From Carpediemonas membranifera BICM (lineage: Eukaryota > Protista > Fornicata), in assembly GCA_019828565.1 (NCBI GenBank), contig JAHDYR010000062.1, positions 1,374,421-1,438,420 of the forward strand: a stretch of DNA of 64,000 nt, in the 5' to 3' direction. The stretch's first letter is position 1, and the number at the start of each line of letters is the position of its first letter. A program made the position numbers and the translations under genes. Below, piece by piece: positions 19,903 through 30,274 of the stretch. Below the pieces are notes generated by a model. The model was not told the DNA's origin. It searched no databases and saw nothing but the letters and a program-made list of their open reading frames with translations.

Positions 19903-22900
19903 TCATTCTTCTGGGAACGCCTCCACGAGTTTTCCCAAAATTCCGGCAGGGATTCCGGCACGCGGCACCGACCGGAACATGTCGCCGAGCTGGCGCCGTG
20001 TGCGTCCATTCATGACCATGGGGCGGTAGAGGTGGGTGTAGTAGTAGACCGCCAGCATGAGGATGAAGCCGCCCAGGAAGTACCCAACGTTTGACCGAGT
20101 GGCGGCGAGCTGGGCATCAAGTCGGGCTATGAGGAGATCTCTGGACTTGATGAAGCCGCTGGTTATGTCCAGGTTAACAATGCCCGCCAGCGTGAGCAGG
20201 TCAGCGATGATCGGGGTGCCGCTCTGGAGATCTGAGAGCAGTGACGCGATGAACGTATCAGCGGCAGACACGGCGTTGATGAGGCCACTGCCACTCGAGG
20301 TGTACATCGTAAAGGGCGCCTCGCACATGTCGTCGAAGAACCGCAGACACTCTTCATTGTGGAGCAGCTCGGCGATGTCGTCCTCGGAGCCACCCTCGAC
20401 CCAGGAGTCACCGCTACCGAGCAGCGTATTCGCCCATTGGCTAGACCTGGCCAGCTTCGGGTCGACTAGGGCCCATGTGTCTGTCACAGTGGCCTCGTCC
20501 GCGGCCGAGTGCCCTGATAGATGAGACACTAGACCTTCTTCCATGCTGCTGAGCTTGGTGCAGAGGTCGAGCGTGTAGGCCTGGGTGACCGGGGTTGGCG
20601 CCCAGGCGGACGTGAGGGCATGCGACATGATCGTCGTTGACGCGCCCTGGAAGTTGTTGAGGGCGACGTACTGGTAGAAAACGGTCATGGCTGTCGTTGT
20701 AACGACACCTGTGCGGTAAACGACGACGCCGATCATGGTCAAGAACATGAAGCCGAAGATCCCCGCCCACGCCATGTCGCCGACCAGCATTCGAGCGAGC
20801 GCCTTGGCTTGCGTGGTTGCCCGGTCGACCCTGCTGACTTCGGTAAAGTCGCGACCGTCACCGGGTGTGACACCAGACTCGCCGTCGTCACTGCTGCTCG
20901 ACTCCGTCCGCCCAGAGCAGACTGACCCGACCAGTGCGCGGGGTGCGAGGTCAGTGGAGCTGACGAAGTTCTCGTTGATGATGGCCTGGGAGATTGTTCT
21001 CGGCACCGAGTCGAGCAAACACGCGGTGCTGTCCTGGGCGTCAGCTTCGGGCAGGATAAACTTCATCGAGCCACGACTTTGGGTGCGGGTGTGGGCGATC
21101 GGTGTCGCGTCCGACTCGTGGTCCGACTCGGCCCGAGTCATCGGCTGGTCTCTGCTCCGGATAGACCGCTTGAACTCGTCAATTTGATCGATCATGGTCT
21201 GAAGAGTGGCCTCGGGCAGGCTGTTGAGAAGGTGTATGGCGCGCATGGAGAAGGCGTTCTGCTTAAGCACAGGGAGAACGTATAGGGCAATTGCGGCTAA
21301 AACTGCGCACGAGTCTGCCACAAGCAGGATGACGATGAGCATGGAAAGCTCGAGGACAGGGAACACCTGGGTCAATACGAACGGATTCGAGTCGACCTCA
21401 AGAATACCCATCATGACAGGCTGGAGCAGCGCTTTTTCGTAGCCCATGATGGTGTCGACCTGGCCGGCAGTGCAGTCTTGGGCAGCAGTGGTTGACCCTG
21501 AATCAAGCTCATCGACCACACAGGCGGCGATAGCCTCAGCAGCGTGCACTATGCTCGAGTAATAGGCCATGAGAGAGACGTCCCCGGTTCCCGTTTCGAC
21601 CTGGCCCTCGAACACGGGCACGGTGATGATCTTGTCCCTGAGAAGCTGGGGGATGTTCACTGCAAGGTGGGTTGCCGAGATCGTCAGCTTGTCTATGACG
21701 CCATCGACCCAACTCTCACTGAGCTCGAGGACCTCATATGGCTCGACGTCTGCATAGTCAGTGTAAGGAGCCCCACCGAGAGCATACATGGCGGTAGAGA
21801 AGTTGTCGAGGCTGTGACGATGGTAGCGGTCGGACATTTCATTGATCGCGGCCTTCCATGGAGCACCGGCGAATGAGCTGGTCGAGACGATGAACGAAGG
21901 ATCCCCAGCCCGCAACACGGCAAAGGCTGCGGCAATGCGCTGTGCTCCAGCGGTGGTGTGCATGAGACCAATCGTCTGCCACAGCAAGTTTGTGTGGATG
22001 TACGTGAATCCAACAACAGACAGCACGCTCAAGTGAATGATGGCAGCAATGACCGCGATGGCGATAATGCCCGGCACATGCTGGCGGGCGTTATCCCTGC
22101 TCGACCCGTGCCCTCTCGCGCCCACGAGCCCAACCCTGATCCTGCCCTTCTCCCCCTCTCCCGGGGCGACCTCGAGCTCGTCAGCGACGCCGTACAGCTC
22201 CTCGCAGTACGCGGCGACAGCGGGGGACGGGTCAATGATGGAGAGGTACTGGGCGTACGACCGAACGACGCGGGACGAGGGGTGGCGCAGGGCCTTGCCG
22301 TAAAGTGCGTCGATCTGGACCCTCAGGGCTGAGATTCGGCTGACGGTCTTGATGTTGTACTTGAAGTTCGATGTCGAGGAGCGGCCGCCAGTGGTGTACA
22401 TGCGGCGCCAGAGGTTGGCCATCTCGTCTGCGAGGGAGCGCTGTGATTTCATCAGCGTGTGCTGGTTACGCTGGGCCTCGAGCTTCGTCAGAACGTTCGC
22501 ATCGCTGTGAAGAGAGTCAGTGTAGTTCTTGCAGAGGAAACGGGCGTACTGGAAGTCGATGCTGAACGACCTGCTGACGGTGCTGGCCGTGGAGTGCATG
22601 ACCGACTGGAGGGATTGGGTGCGGTAGGCGGCCGTGTAGATGATGTACGTCAGGGCGAGGTAGGCGCTGTGCGGCCAGCGGGAGCGGGTGATCGAGAACA
22701 GCCGCATGCCGTACGCCGTCTCAGCCTCGATGGTCTGCCGCGCCTGGGCGATGACGGCCAAGTCATCGTCGGAGAGTCGGGTCGGGTCAAGGACGCCGGC
22801 CTCGTCGACAGCGCCGGAAAACTCAAAGATGGCCATCGGCACGCGCTTGTTGACTGCAGCGATGTCCTTCTTCGCCTTGGCGATCTTCTTGCGAGATTCC

Positions 22901-23943
22901 CTCAGCGCGACCTCGACCTGGCATGGGAAGAGCAGGAAAGGCCTGGTCTCCGGCACCTGGTCAGGGCTCTCCAGGGCCATGACCTCCGCCCTGTACTTCC
23001 TCGTGGCGAGTGTGGTGAGCTTAACCGTGCCCATCGGGAGTAGGGCGACCACTGGTGTGAGGGAGAGCAGGCACAGGGCGAGCCAGGGGGTCACGGCGCA
23101 TGTGGCAGCGGAACCGAGTGCCCATAAGATAGCGTTGACTAGGATCATCGGGAGGATACGGTAGTACGGCGTGAACACGGACACAAGGAAGACGAGGAAA
23201 GCGCAGGCTAAGAACACCACGATGCCCTTGATGGTAGGGGCAAGGACATCATTACTGACACTGATCATGCCCATGCCGACTGAGAGCAAGACATAAGCTG
23301 TTGGTTCGACCCTCGCATGCTGTCGACCCAAGGGGTGATGTGTAGTAAATGCGAACTGATGCGACATGAAGAGCACAAACGCCGTCTGCACCGTAAACAC
23401 CGCCGACCCGACCGCGAACAGACCGGATATGACCAAGTCTGCCGCGTCGAGAGACAGTCGAGTGGCCACTTGGTTGTCCATGATGACGAGGACGGGGAGG
23501 AACATGACAGACGTCCTAGCCATGAATGAGGCCGTCATTGCCCTGATCAGCCACCTGTTAGGCAGGGTCTGGCTGCTGGTTGTCATTTGACGTACGGCGA
23601 TAACGTGGATTCCTAGCATCGCGAACACGACGAGGAGGGTGATACCGCTGACCACGTTCATGGCGGTAGTGCTGAGTACATCAGGGAGGGGACCCATGCG
23701 TGACCACATCAGGGCCCGCTGGATTGTGTGGAGGGCGCCGGGCCAGACGTAGATAGTCTCGTCGCAACAGAGGGAGAGGGCGTGGACGGCGACCATGAGG
23801 AGGCAAACTGTAACTATTTGCCGCAATATCATGTTCTTGGGCACGCTGAGGTACGAGAGCTCAAATACTGGGTGAGAACGGCGAAGACGCCGACAAACCT
23901 GCAGTTCGGAAGGAAGAGGCAATTCCGTGCCCTGAAGAATCAT
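19903..23943 (-). CDS. Large multi-pass membrane protein, TmcB/TmcC (tiny macrocyst)-like
   Basis: N-terminal multi-TM bundle, helical cytoplasmic region (RSYAQYLSII), then two pairs of TMs flanking extracellular loops. Likely start at 23832. Confidence 0.55.
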   Translation of the reverse strand: MILQGTELPLPSELQVCRRLRRSHPVFELSYLSVPKNMILRQIVTVCLLMVAVHALSLCCDETIYVWPGALHTIQRALMWSRMGPLPDVLSTTAMNVVSGITLLVVFAMLGIHVIAVRQMTTSSQTLPNRWLIRAMTASFMARTSVMFLPVLVIMDNQVATRLSLDAADLVISGLFAVGSAVFTVQTAFVLFMSHQFAFTTHHPLGRQHARVEPTAYVLLSVGMGMISVSNDVLAPTIKGIVVFLACAFLVFLVSVFTPYYRILPMILVNAILWALGSAATCAVTPWLALCLLSLTPVVALLPMGTVKLTTLATRKYRAEVMALESPDQVPETRPFLLFPCQVEVALRESRKKIAKAKKDIAAVNKRVPMAIFEFSGAVDEAGVLDPTRLSDDDLAVIAQARQTIEAETAYGMRLFSITRSRWPHSAYLALTYIIYTAAYRTQSLQSVMHSTASTVSRSFSIDFQYARFLCKNYTDSLHSDANVLTKLEAQRNQHTLMKSQRSLADEMANLWRRMYTTGGRSSTSNFKYNIKTVSRISALRVQIDALYGKALRHPSSRVVRSYAQYLSIIDPSPAVAAYCEELYGVADELEVAPGEGEKGRIRVGLVGARGHGSSRDNARQHVPGIIAIAVIAAIIHLSVLSVVGFTYIHTNLLWQTIGLMHTTAGAQRIAAAFAVLRAGDPSFIVSTSSFAGAPWKAAINEMSDRYHRHSLDNFSTAMYALGGAPYTDYADVEPYEVLELSESWVDGVIDKLTISATHLAVNIPQLLRDKIITVPVFEGQVETGTGDVSLMAYYSSIVHAAEAIAACVVDELDSGSTTAAQDCTAGQVDTIMGYEKALLQPVMMGILEVDSNPFVLTQVFPVLELSMLIVILLVADSCAVLAAIALYVLPVLKQNAFSMRAIHLLNSLPEATLQTMIDQIDEFKRSIRSRDQPMTRAESDHESDATPIAHTRTQSRGSMKFILPEADAQDSTACLLDSVPRTISQAIINENFVSSTDLAPRALVGSVCSGRTESSSSDDGESGVTPGDGRDFTEVSRVDRATTQAKALARMLVGDMAWAGIFGFMFLTMIGVVVYRTGVVTTTAMTVFYQYVALNNFQGASTTIMSHALTSAWAPTPVTQAYTLDLCTKLSSMEEGLVSHLSGHSAADEATVTDTWALVDPKLARSSQWANTLLGSGDSWVEGGSEDDIAELLHNEECLRFFDDMCEAPFTMYTSSGSGLINAVSAADTFIASLLSDLQSGTPIIADLLTLAGIVNLDITSGFIKSRDLLIARLDAQLAATRSNVGYFLGGFILMLAVYYYTHLYRPMVMNGRTRRQLGDMFRSVPRAGIPAGILGKLVEAFPEE

Positions 23944-24299
23944 CTACAGATGAAGATGTGCCCGTTTGGAGTGTTGAGGTTTCGCTTGTGGGCATGCGGC
24001 GACTTACTTCGCCTTGGATATGGGAAGGATATGGGATGCAGAAAAAAATCAAAAATTGCGTCCAAATCACGGCTGGGTTGATTGGTTCTCAGAAAGGAGT
24101 GCCCAATGATGCATTCTGCCAACCCGAATTGCTCCGGTTGAGTTCAGTTATGCGTTTCGTCTTGACTGAATCATTTTGGTAACGGGCGAAATGAGAGAAG
24201 CTGGTGCTCTACCGCATAGAAGGGACACAGATGAGCAAATGAATAGTTTTGCCGGCTTGGGCGAGTTCTACAGAAGTCAACGCGAGTCAAAGTTAACGA

Positions 24300-24590
24300 C
24301 TCGACACAAAGAATAGACGTTTGTAGCATAATGGGCTGTGGATTGGTACTCATCTTCGAATAGAGATGAACTATTCGGCCTAAAGAATTCATATTCATCT
24401 CATACAGGAATGGGCGCCCAGAATTCTACGATTCCCGATTCCTACAACCCGCAGAGAAGCGCTGATGTTGATAGCAGAGGTGGCGGCGGTGGTTCCGGCG
24501 GCAACGGCAACAGCGAGGGCGGTTGCGGCGGTTGCAGCGGCTGGTAAATGATCTGAAGCCACAGAAGATGATTCTGACTTTGCACGAAGG
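24300..24590 (+). repeat. Diverged ~290-bp repeat, copy 1, containing Gly-rich mini-ORF 24410-24547
   Basis: Co-linear similarity to 24965-25260, e.g. TATTCGGCCTA, TTGATAGCAGAGGT and CTGGTAAATGATCTG. Confidence 0.8.
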
Positions 24591-24643
24591 ACCTTTGCTC
24601 GATCAAAAGCATGTACATGCAACGCCAGGACGACCTTCTGCCA

Positions 24644-24840
24644 GTGCTGGCCGTGGAGTGCATGGCCGACTGGAGGGATTGGGTGCGGTAGGCGGCCGTG
24701 TAGATGATGTACGTCAGGGCGAGGTAGGCGCTGTGCGGCCAGCGGGAGCGGGTGATCGAGAACAGCCGCATGCCGTACGCCGTCTCAGCCTCGATGGTCT
24801 GCCGCGCCTGGGCGATGACGGCCAAGATATCGTCGGAGAG
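24644..24840 (-). pseudogene. 197-bp duplicated internal fragment of the TmcB-like gene (source 22580-22776)
   Basis: Same orientation as the source; 3 mismatches in 197 nt by manual alignment. Confidence 0.9.
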
Positions 24841-24964
24841 GCAGTCGTTGAGGTCCGGAGAAATTGGCGCCACCAGGTCCTTCCGCCAAGTCCTTCCCGC
24901 CCCACATGCCAGCCGAGAGAACGGCTTGGGCCCGGTCTGGAGTGGTCAAATGGTCAAAGAAAGC

Positions 24965-25260
24965 AGCCACACAAAACAATGAACATTTGTTTGTTGCACT
25001 ATGGGCTGCGGATAGATCCAGTGTTTGAGCACAGATGGAGTATTCGGCCTATAGGACTCATATTCAGCTGATACAGTTAAGGGTGTCCAAAATTCTATGA
25101 TTCCTGAAGCCAATATACCGCAGAGCGCGGATATTGATAGCAGAGGTAGTCCTGGTGGCGGTTCTAGCGGCAACGGCCACCACGATAGCTCCGCCTCCGG
25201 CGGCCATGGCAGCAACCACTGGTAAATGATCTGTAGCTGATGACTCTTACTTTCCACGAC
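24965..25260 (+). repeat. Diverged ~290-bp repeat, copy 2, containing Gly-rich mini-ORF 25097-25225
   Basis: Co-linear similarity to 24300-24590. Confidence 0.8.
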
Positions 25261-25356
25261 GTATCATCGGTCGAACAACGGGATGTCCTTGATAGGGCAG
25301 GATGCACTCACGGCATGATGTGATGGGACATCCACCAAACTCATTGGCTCTCCCAT

Positions 25357-26683
25357 TTACTTACGACCCACATCCACGGTCTTCTTGAACACACGCTTCC
25401 CTCCACTGTACACAGAGTCCAACGGCACGTCGGCCAGCTGGTATACCACGTGCTCCCACCTAGGGGAGTCCAGAACGATGAAGTCACCCTCCTTGCCGAC
25501 CTCGAGGGACCCAACTTTGTCTGAGACGCCCAAGGCAGCCGCTGCGTTAATGGTGCAAGCAGTAAGGGCCTCGGGAAGCGTCATGTGCATGGCAACACAA
25601 CCAAGGTGCATGATAAAGGGAAGCGACAAGCATGGCACATTAGGGTTGTAGTCAGAAGCCAAAGCGACTGGTACTCCAGAGTCGATGAGCTTCCTGGCAG
25701 GAGGCTGCTCGATGCGGAGGATGTACGCCGTGGAGGGGAGGAGGACGGCGACAGTGCCGGACATGGCCATGGCCTTGATGCCGCCATCTGACACACACTC
25801 GAGGTGTGAGACTCCGCAAGCCCCGAGTTCGGCACCAAGCTCGGCGCTGGCGGTGTTGCTGAGTTCGTCGCCGTGGAAGTTGATACGGAGGCCGGCCTTG
25901 GCACCAGCTTCCAGGATGACCTTGGTCTCGTCGTGGTTGAACACGCCCTTTTCGCAGAATACGTCCACGATCTCAACATCAAGTCTGCCAGCCGCCTTGG
26001 CCTCGAGAACGGCGGGAAGCTGTACATTGATGACATCATTCACCGCCTCAGCTGAGGTCATCCCCTTCGGCACCGAGTGTGCAAGGTATGTCGGGATGAG
26101 GCGAGCCGGGTGTGTCTTGGATGCCTTGTGAACAGTCTCGAGCATCTTCACCTCGGTCGCCGCGTCCAGGCCGTAGCCGCTCTTAACCTCGATCGTGGTC
26201 GACCCATGGGCTACCATGGCGTCAAGACGGGTCATGAGGTCGTGGTGAAGGGCTTCAGGTGTGGCCTCGCGGGTGGCAGCAACTGTAAACCCGATCCCAC
26301 CGCCCGCCTTATGCACTTCCATGTATGTGGCGCCGGCCAGCTTCATCGCGAACTCGTGGGCCCGGTCACCGGCGTACACGGCGTGCGTATGCGCCTCCAC
26401 AAGCCCGGGGAGAATGACCTTTCCTTGGGCCTCAACTACTTGTTCAAACGACGCCTCGGACATGGATTTGGTAGAAAGTGCAGCCATAACGTCAGTGGTT
26501 GTCCCAACAGCGACGATCTTGCCTCCACTGATCGCAAGGGCGCCATCTTCGTACACCACGATGTTGTTCATTTGCTCGCGGACAAGAACGCGTTCACAGT
26601 TATTACAAACCGCTACAACCTGAGCGGCATGCTTGATCTATCCGTAAAAAGAGTAGGGGCGGACAAACGAGGATCGAAGACAT
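25357..26683 (-). CDS. hutI: Imidazolonepropionase (HutI/AMDHD1), two exons (26683-26669, 26637-25357)
   Basis: PGLVEAHTH, GDRAHEF, EVKSGYGL, DVFCEKGVF, HGDEL and ASDYNP. A 31-nt intron (GTTTGT...ATAG, 26638-26668) gives the N-terminus MSSILIKHAAQVV. Confidence 0.93.
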
Positions 26684-27132
26684 TATTGTCTGGTCGTCAG
26701 CGGTCAAACTGCGCTTCAAACCGGCATCGGGGTGTGACTACGGTGTAGCTTCTGCCTATTGCCCAGCCTGTGTCAGCTTTTAGTGTTTAGTGTTTCTTCT
26801 TGTTTCGAGACGATGTCCAAATTTCGATCTTAAGATACAGCCAACAAACACTCCCCCGGCACCCGAAGAAAAGACTTGCGCGAGAACGTGTATGCAACTC
26901 ACATATCCAATGCTTTTTATCCCGTGAGGCGCAAGCAGCGTCAAGCCGCACCATTTGCGGCAGTTTAGGGTCGAACAAAACACTCCCAGTTGGGTCGATG
27001 AAGAAAGGCCTAGCTCGTGGCTCCTTTCACCCTGAGACACCTCGCACCCCTTTTTGAGTGTCTCGGGGTAGGCCAAATCTCAAGATTTGGAGCTGGGTCG
27101 CATGAGCACAATAGACATCATTCACCAACAAT

Positions 27133-27468
27133 ATGAACCAACCTCAAACGCCAATGAAATGCCAACTAACCGCCGAACAAATGCAACAACTTGACGAAAT
27201 GGAGCGTGTTGCCTTCGAGAACACCGGCATGCGTGTGAACCGCACCGCCTTGATGCGGAAGATGCTGCGGAACCGCGGCCAGCACTTTGACAGCGCGGAG
27301 TTCGTTCTTGCACACAACAACCAGAACATCAGCAACATCCCGCAAGTAACCTTTACTCTGGCTCCCATCTATGAGCCGGAAAAGCTATCTCCGCGAAGAA
27401 TGGCGCAGTCGGCCCCGGTAGGCTCTCCGCTCGGGTCTGACTGCCTCAGCTACAGCGACGGGCTGTAA
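27133..27468 (+). CDS. Small hypothetical protein
   Basis: 111-aa ATG ORF with coding-like codon usage. Confidence 0.5.
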   Translation: MNQPQTPMKCQLTAEQMQQLDEMERVAFENTGMRVNRTALMRKMLRNRGQHFDSAEFVLAHNNQNISNIPQVTFTLAPIYEPEKLSPRRMAQSAPVGSPLGSDCLSYSDGL

Positions 27469-27571
27469 GCTGAGCTTGTATTGTACTGTAGATATTTTAA
27501 ACAATGCCGCATCGCCCCGCTGTCATGGTTGGTGCTTGAAGACCGAAAATAAACATCTTGCCGCACGCGCC

Positions 27572-28528
27572 TCAGAAGAGCAAGGCACGCTGCTTGGACG
27601 GCCCCGCGTTCGTATCAAGGTCCATGGCACCCTCATCGCCAGCGTCCGAAGTCAGCACGTGGCTGGTAAACCCGACGGGTGGCCCAACGGGCAGTAGTGA
27701 TTGGACAGTGGTGTCGATAAGCCGAGTCAAGCCGACAATGTCCTCATCGTTGGTGACTACCATGGCTAGAAGCACTTGGCCATCGAGGTCGGCAGTGTTT
27801 CGGAGAGTGAAGGGGACATCTGCAAGGGGCGCGACCACGTGTGGGTCGACGCAGAGTAGCTGGCTTCCAACCACGCCGAATGCCAGTAAAACCCGGCTCT
27901 CAATGGACACAACCGCACCTACACAGTACTGGCAGCCAAGGACCGCGGCGAGCAGACGCTGTAATGGCTCTGGCTCCATCCGTCCGAGAGTGAGCACTGA
28001 AGGCAGGAACAGGACGTGCGGGGTGTGGGTCCGGCCCTCAGTGTCGGCTAAGGGGCCAGTTGGGGTCATGCCCACCCTTGCGCTGAGGTCATCAACGTTG
28101 ATCGAGCCGCTGGAGGAAACGACGGCGCCCATGCCCCACAGCGAGGAGGAGTTGATGATACGCGCCACAGACCCGCATACGACTGAAGGAAAGCCGTGTC
28201 TGCCTCCGCATCCGGCCAGGATTGCCCGCTGAGAGAGGGGGGCGCTGGGGCCGGGATCGGGGCCGAAGAGGGCGGCGATGGATGCAACAATGGGGTCAGT
28301 TGGCGCTGAGATGCGTTGATCTGTAGTATTATACACCGTCCGCGTGATGGCGGCCGCTGTGAGAGACTGTACGGCTGCGACGAGGGGGGCATCCCTCGAA
28401 GTGACTAAAGGGTACGTGTTTGTGAGATACTGGTCCAACTGAGCTACATCATTAGGCAAACTGAGCACAACTCCACCGGCCAGCTGCACTGGTTTGTCCT
28501 GCGGGAGCTGTTTGATTTGAAGGCTCAT
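27572..28528 (-). CDS. Atg4-like (peptidase C54) protein, apparently lacking the catalytic Cys
   Basis: VLFLPSVLTLG, CQYCVGAV...LAFGVVGSQLLCVDPH align by eye to the Atg4 C-terminal half; the SDxGWGC motif is absent. Confidence 0.6.
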   Translation of the reverse strand: MSLQIKQLPQDKPVQLAGGVVLSLPNDVAQLDQYLTNTYPLVTSRDAPLVAAVQSLTAAAITRTVYNTTDQRISAPTDPIVASIAALFGPDPGPSAPLSQRAILAGCGGRHGFPSVVCGSVARIINSSSLWGMGAVVSSSGSINVDDLSARVGMTPTGPLADTEGRTHTPHVLFLPSVLTLGRMEPEPLQRLLAAVLGCQYCVGAVVSIESRVLLAFGVVGSQLLCVDPHVVAPLADVPFTLRNTADLDGQVLLAMVVTNDEDIVGLTRLIDTTVQSLLPVGPPVGFTSHVLTSDAGDEGAMDLDTNAGPSKQRALLF

Positions 28529-28687
28529 CCTGCAACTTCTCGCAATTCCTCGAGCGGCCAAGAGTCGAGGAGAGCACCTGGGTGGCTCGAGCCAGTGTCG
28601 GGTGGCACGTCGAATCGGTGTAGATGGGCAATTTAGGCCAAATCGGTCCCTCCCAAAATATCCCAGAAACTACACAACCCCAACATC

Positions 28688-30274
28688 ATGTCCGCGACGA
28701 CACCGAGACTTTTGAAACGAGATACTTCGGAGATGCTATTCGTTGCGCCTGTTCCCGGCTCCCGCCTTGAGAAACTGGTAGAATCGCGCCCCGAAGACAA
28801 GAAGAACTTCACGGCCATTCTTCAGGCCGTGTTCATCGGTGTGCGCCTCATCATCGACCACGAGCACGCTTTGAAGAACGAAACCGGCGACGCCTCTGAT
28901 TCAGAAGAGGACATGCCTCGTCCCCAAAAGACGCTTGGTCGTCGCCTCGCCCGCGGGACCCTCAAGGCCATGCGCCAGTCCCGCGTCAAGCCCGAGCTCC
29001 TCCCTGTCGTTCAGGACTTCGAGCTGCCCTCTCTTCAAATCTCTGAGGAGAAACTGGCCATCATGGACCAGGGTCAGTCTCTCACCCTCAACCACTCCCT
29101 CGAGGACGTCATCGACAGAATCAAGGGCGTAGCCAAGCGCCTCCTTGACCTGGACGAGTCCCCCGTCCGCGAGATCACACGCACCGACCCCTCTGGCGCA
29201 GACATCCCCGTCGAGCACCTCGCCGCCATGTGCGGCAGCCTGTCATGCATCGTCATCGACCAATTGACCTCGCTCACGCCAATCGAAGAGCTCTTCAAGA
29301 AGTCCCCCGCCGAGGTCCGCGAGATGACTACCTCTATGGTCACCGGCGTCCTCGAGGGCTTGACCCTCGCTAAACTGCCCCCGACTGCCGAGACATTCTT
29401 CCCCAGCTCGAAGCATATCATATCCATTGATCTCGAGCAATCTGGAGATATAGAGGCTATGCGCCAAGAGCTCATCACAAAGCTCGAGGCCCACCCACTT
29501 GTCCGCGAGCACAACCTCCTTTCGTCGGGCGCCGTTCTCCTCTCCATGCAGGCCAACTTCGCCTCAACCCTCACCCAGATGCTCCTGACCCAATTCCCCT
29601 CCAGGGCTTCCCATATCGGTCTTATTCTGCGTGGTCTTGTGGACGCCGACGGACGTGATCTCCCCTGCCTCTGGGCGGAGACGGAGAGTCAGTCTACTAT
29701 GGCGCGCTACAACCCCCTACCTGACACGGATTCAGAGTACTCGGCTTACTTTACGAGCGGTACTGGCGCCAGATACCCCAAGACAAGATCCGGGACCGAT
29801 CTTCACGATCTTGCAACATATCTGCTCAATCTTGACGTCAAGCGCACCCGCGTGATGCTCCGTGGTCTGTCTGGCACTCCTGTTGTCCGAGGCACCCCAG
29901 CCCACGCTGCCATCAAGAAGAGCATCGACAGCGTCCTGCTTCAGGGCCTGGCCAGGGCCCACGGCGAGCTGCCCGAGATGGTGGCCGACCTGCCCTCTCA
30001 TATTGCGATGGAGACTATGAGGCGAGTCGCTGTGTTCCAACGAATCCTCCCCCACGCCGACAGCTACGGCCACGTGTCGGCCATGCCCGTTGTCGAGGTG
30101 CTCGAGGCCGCGGGCCTGATTGTTGGGCACCCAGCGACCTTCATGCCATACCACTTTACCGTGAACAACTGCTCATCGATGATGCCCGGTGGTCTGGCCC
30201 GAGTGGACGAGACCCAGGACCACTACCAGCCCCTCCTGCGGCCTTTCGAGTTCGAGCTCAAGATCAACAAGTAG
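28688..30274 (+). CDS. Hypothetical protein (528 aa)
   Basis: Long ORF with strong C-ending codon bias; TGTAAAT downstream. Confidence 0.75.
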   Translation: MSATTPRLLKRDTSEMLFVAPVPGSRLEKLVESRPEDKKNFTAILQAVFIGVRLIIDHEHALKNETGDASDSEEDMPRPQKTLGRRLARGTLKAMRQSRVKPELLPVVQDFELPSLQISEEKLAIMDQGQSLTLNHSLEDVIDRIKGVAKRLLDLDESPVREITRTDPSGADIPVEHLAAMCGSLSCIVIDQLTSLTPIEELFKKSPAEVREMTTSMVTGVLEGLTLAKLPPTAETFFPSSKHIISIDLEQSGDIEAMRQELITKLEAHPLVREHNLLSSGAVLLSMQANFASTLTQMLLTQFPSRASHIGLILRGLVDADGRDLPCLWAETESQSTMARYNPLPDTDSEYSAYFTSGTGARYPKTRSGTDLHDLATYLLNLDVKRTRVMLRGLSGTPVVRGTPAHAAIKKSIDSVLLQGLARAHGELPEMVADLPSHIAMETMRRVAVFQRILPHADSYGHVSAMPVVEVLEAAGLIVGHPATFMPYHFTVNNCSSMMPGGLARVDETQDHYQPLLRPFEFELKINK

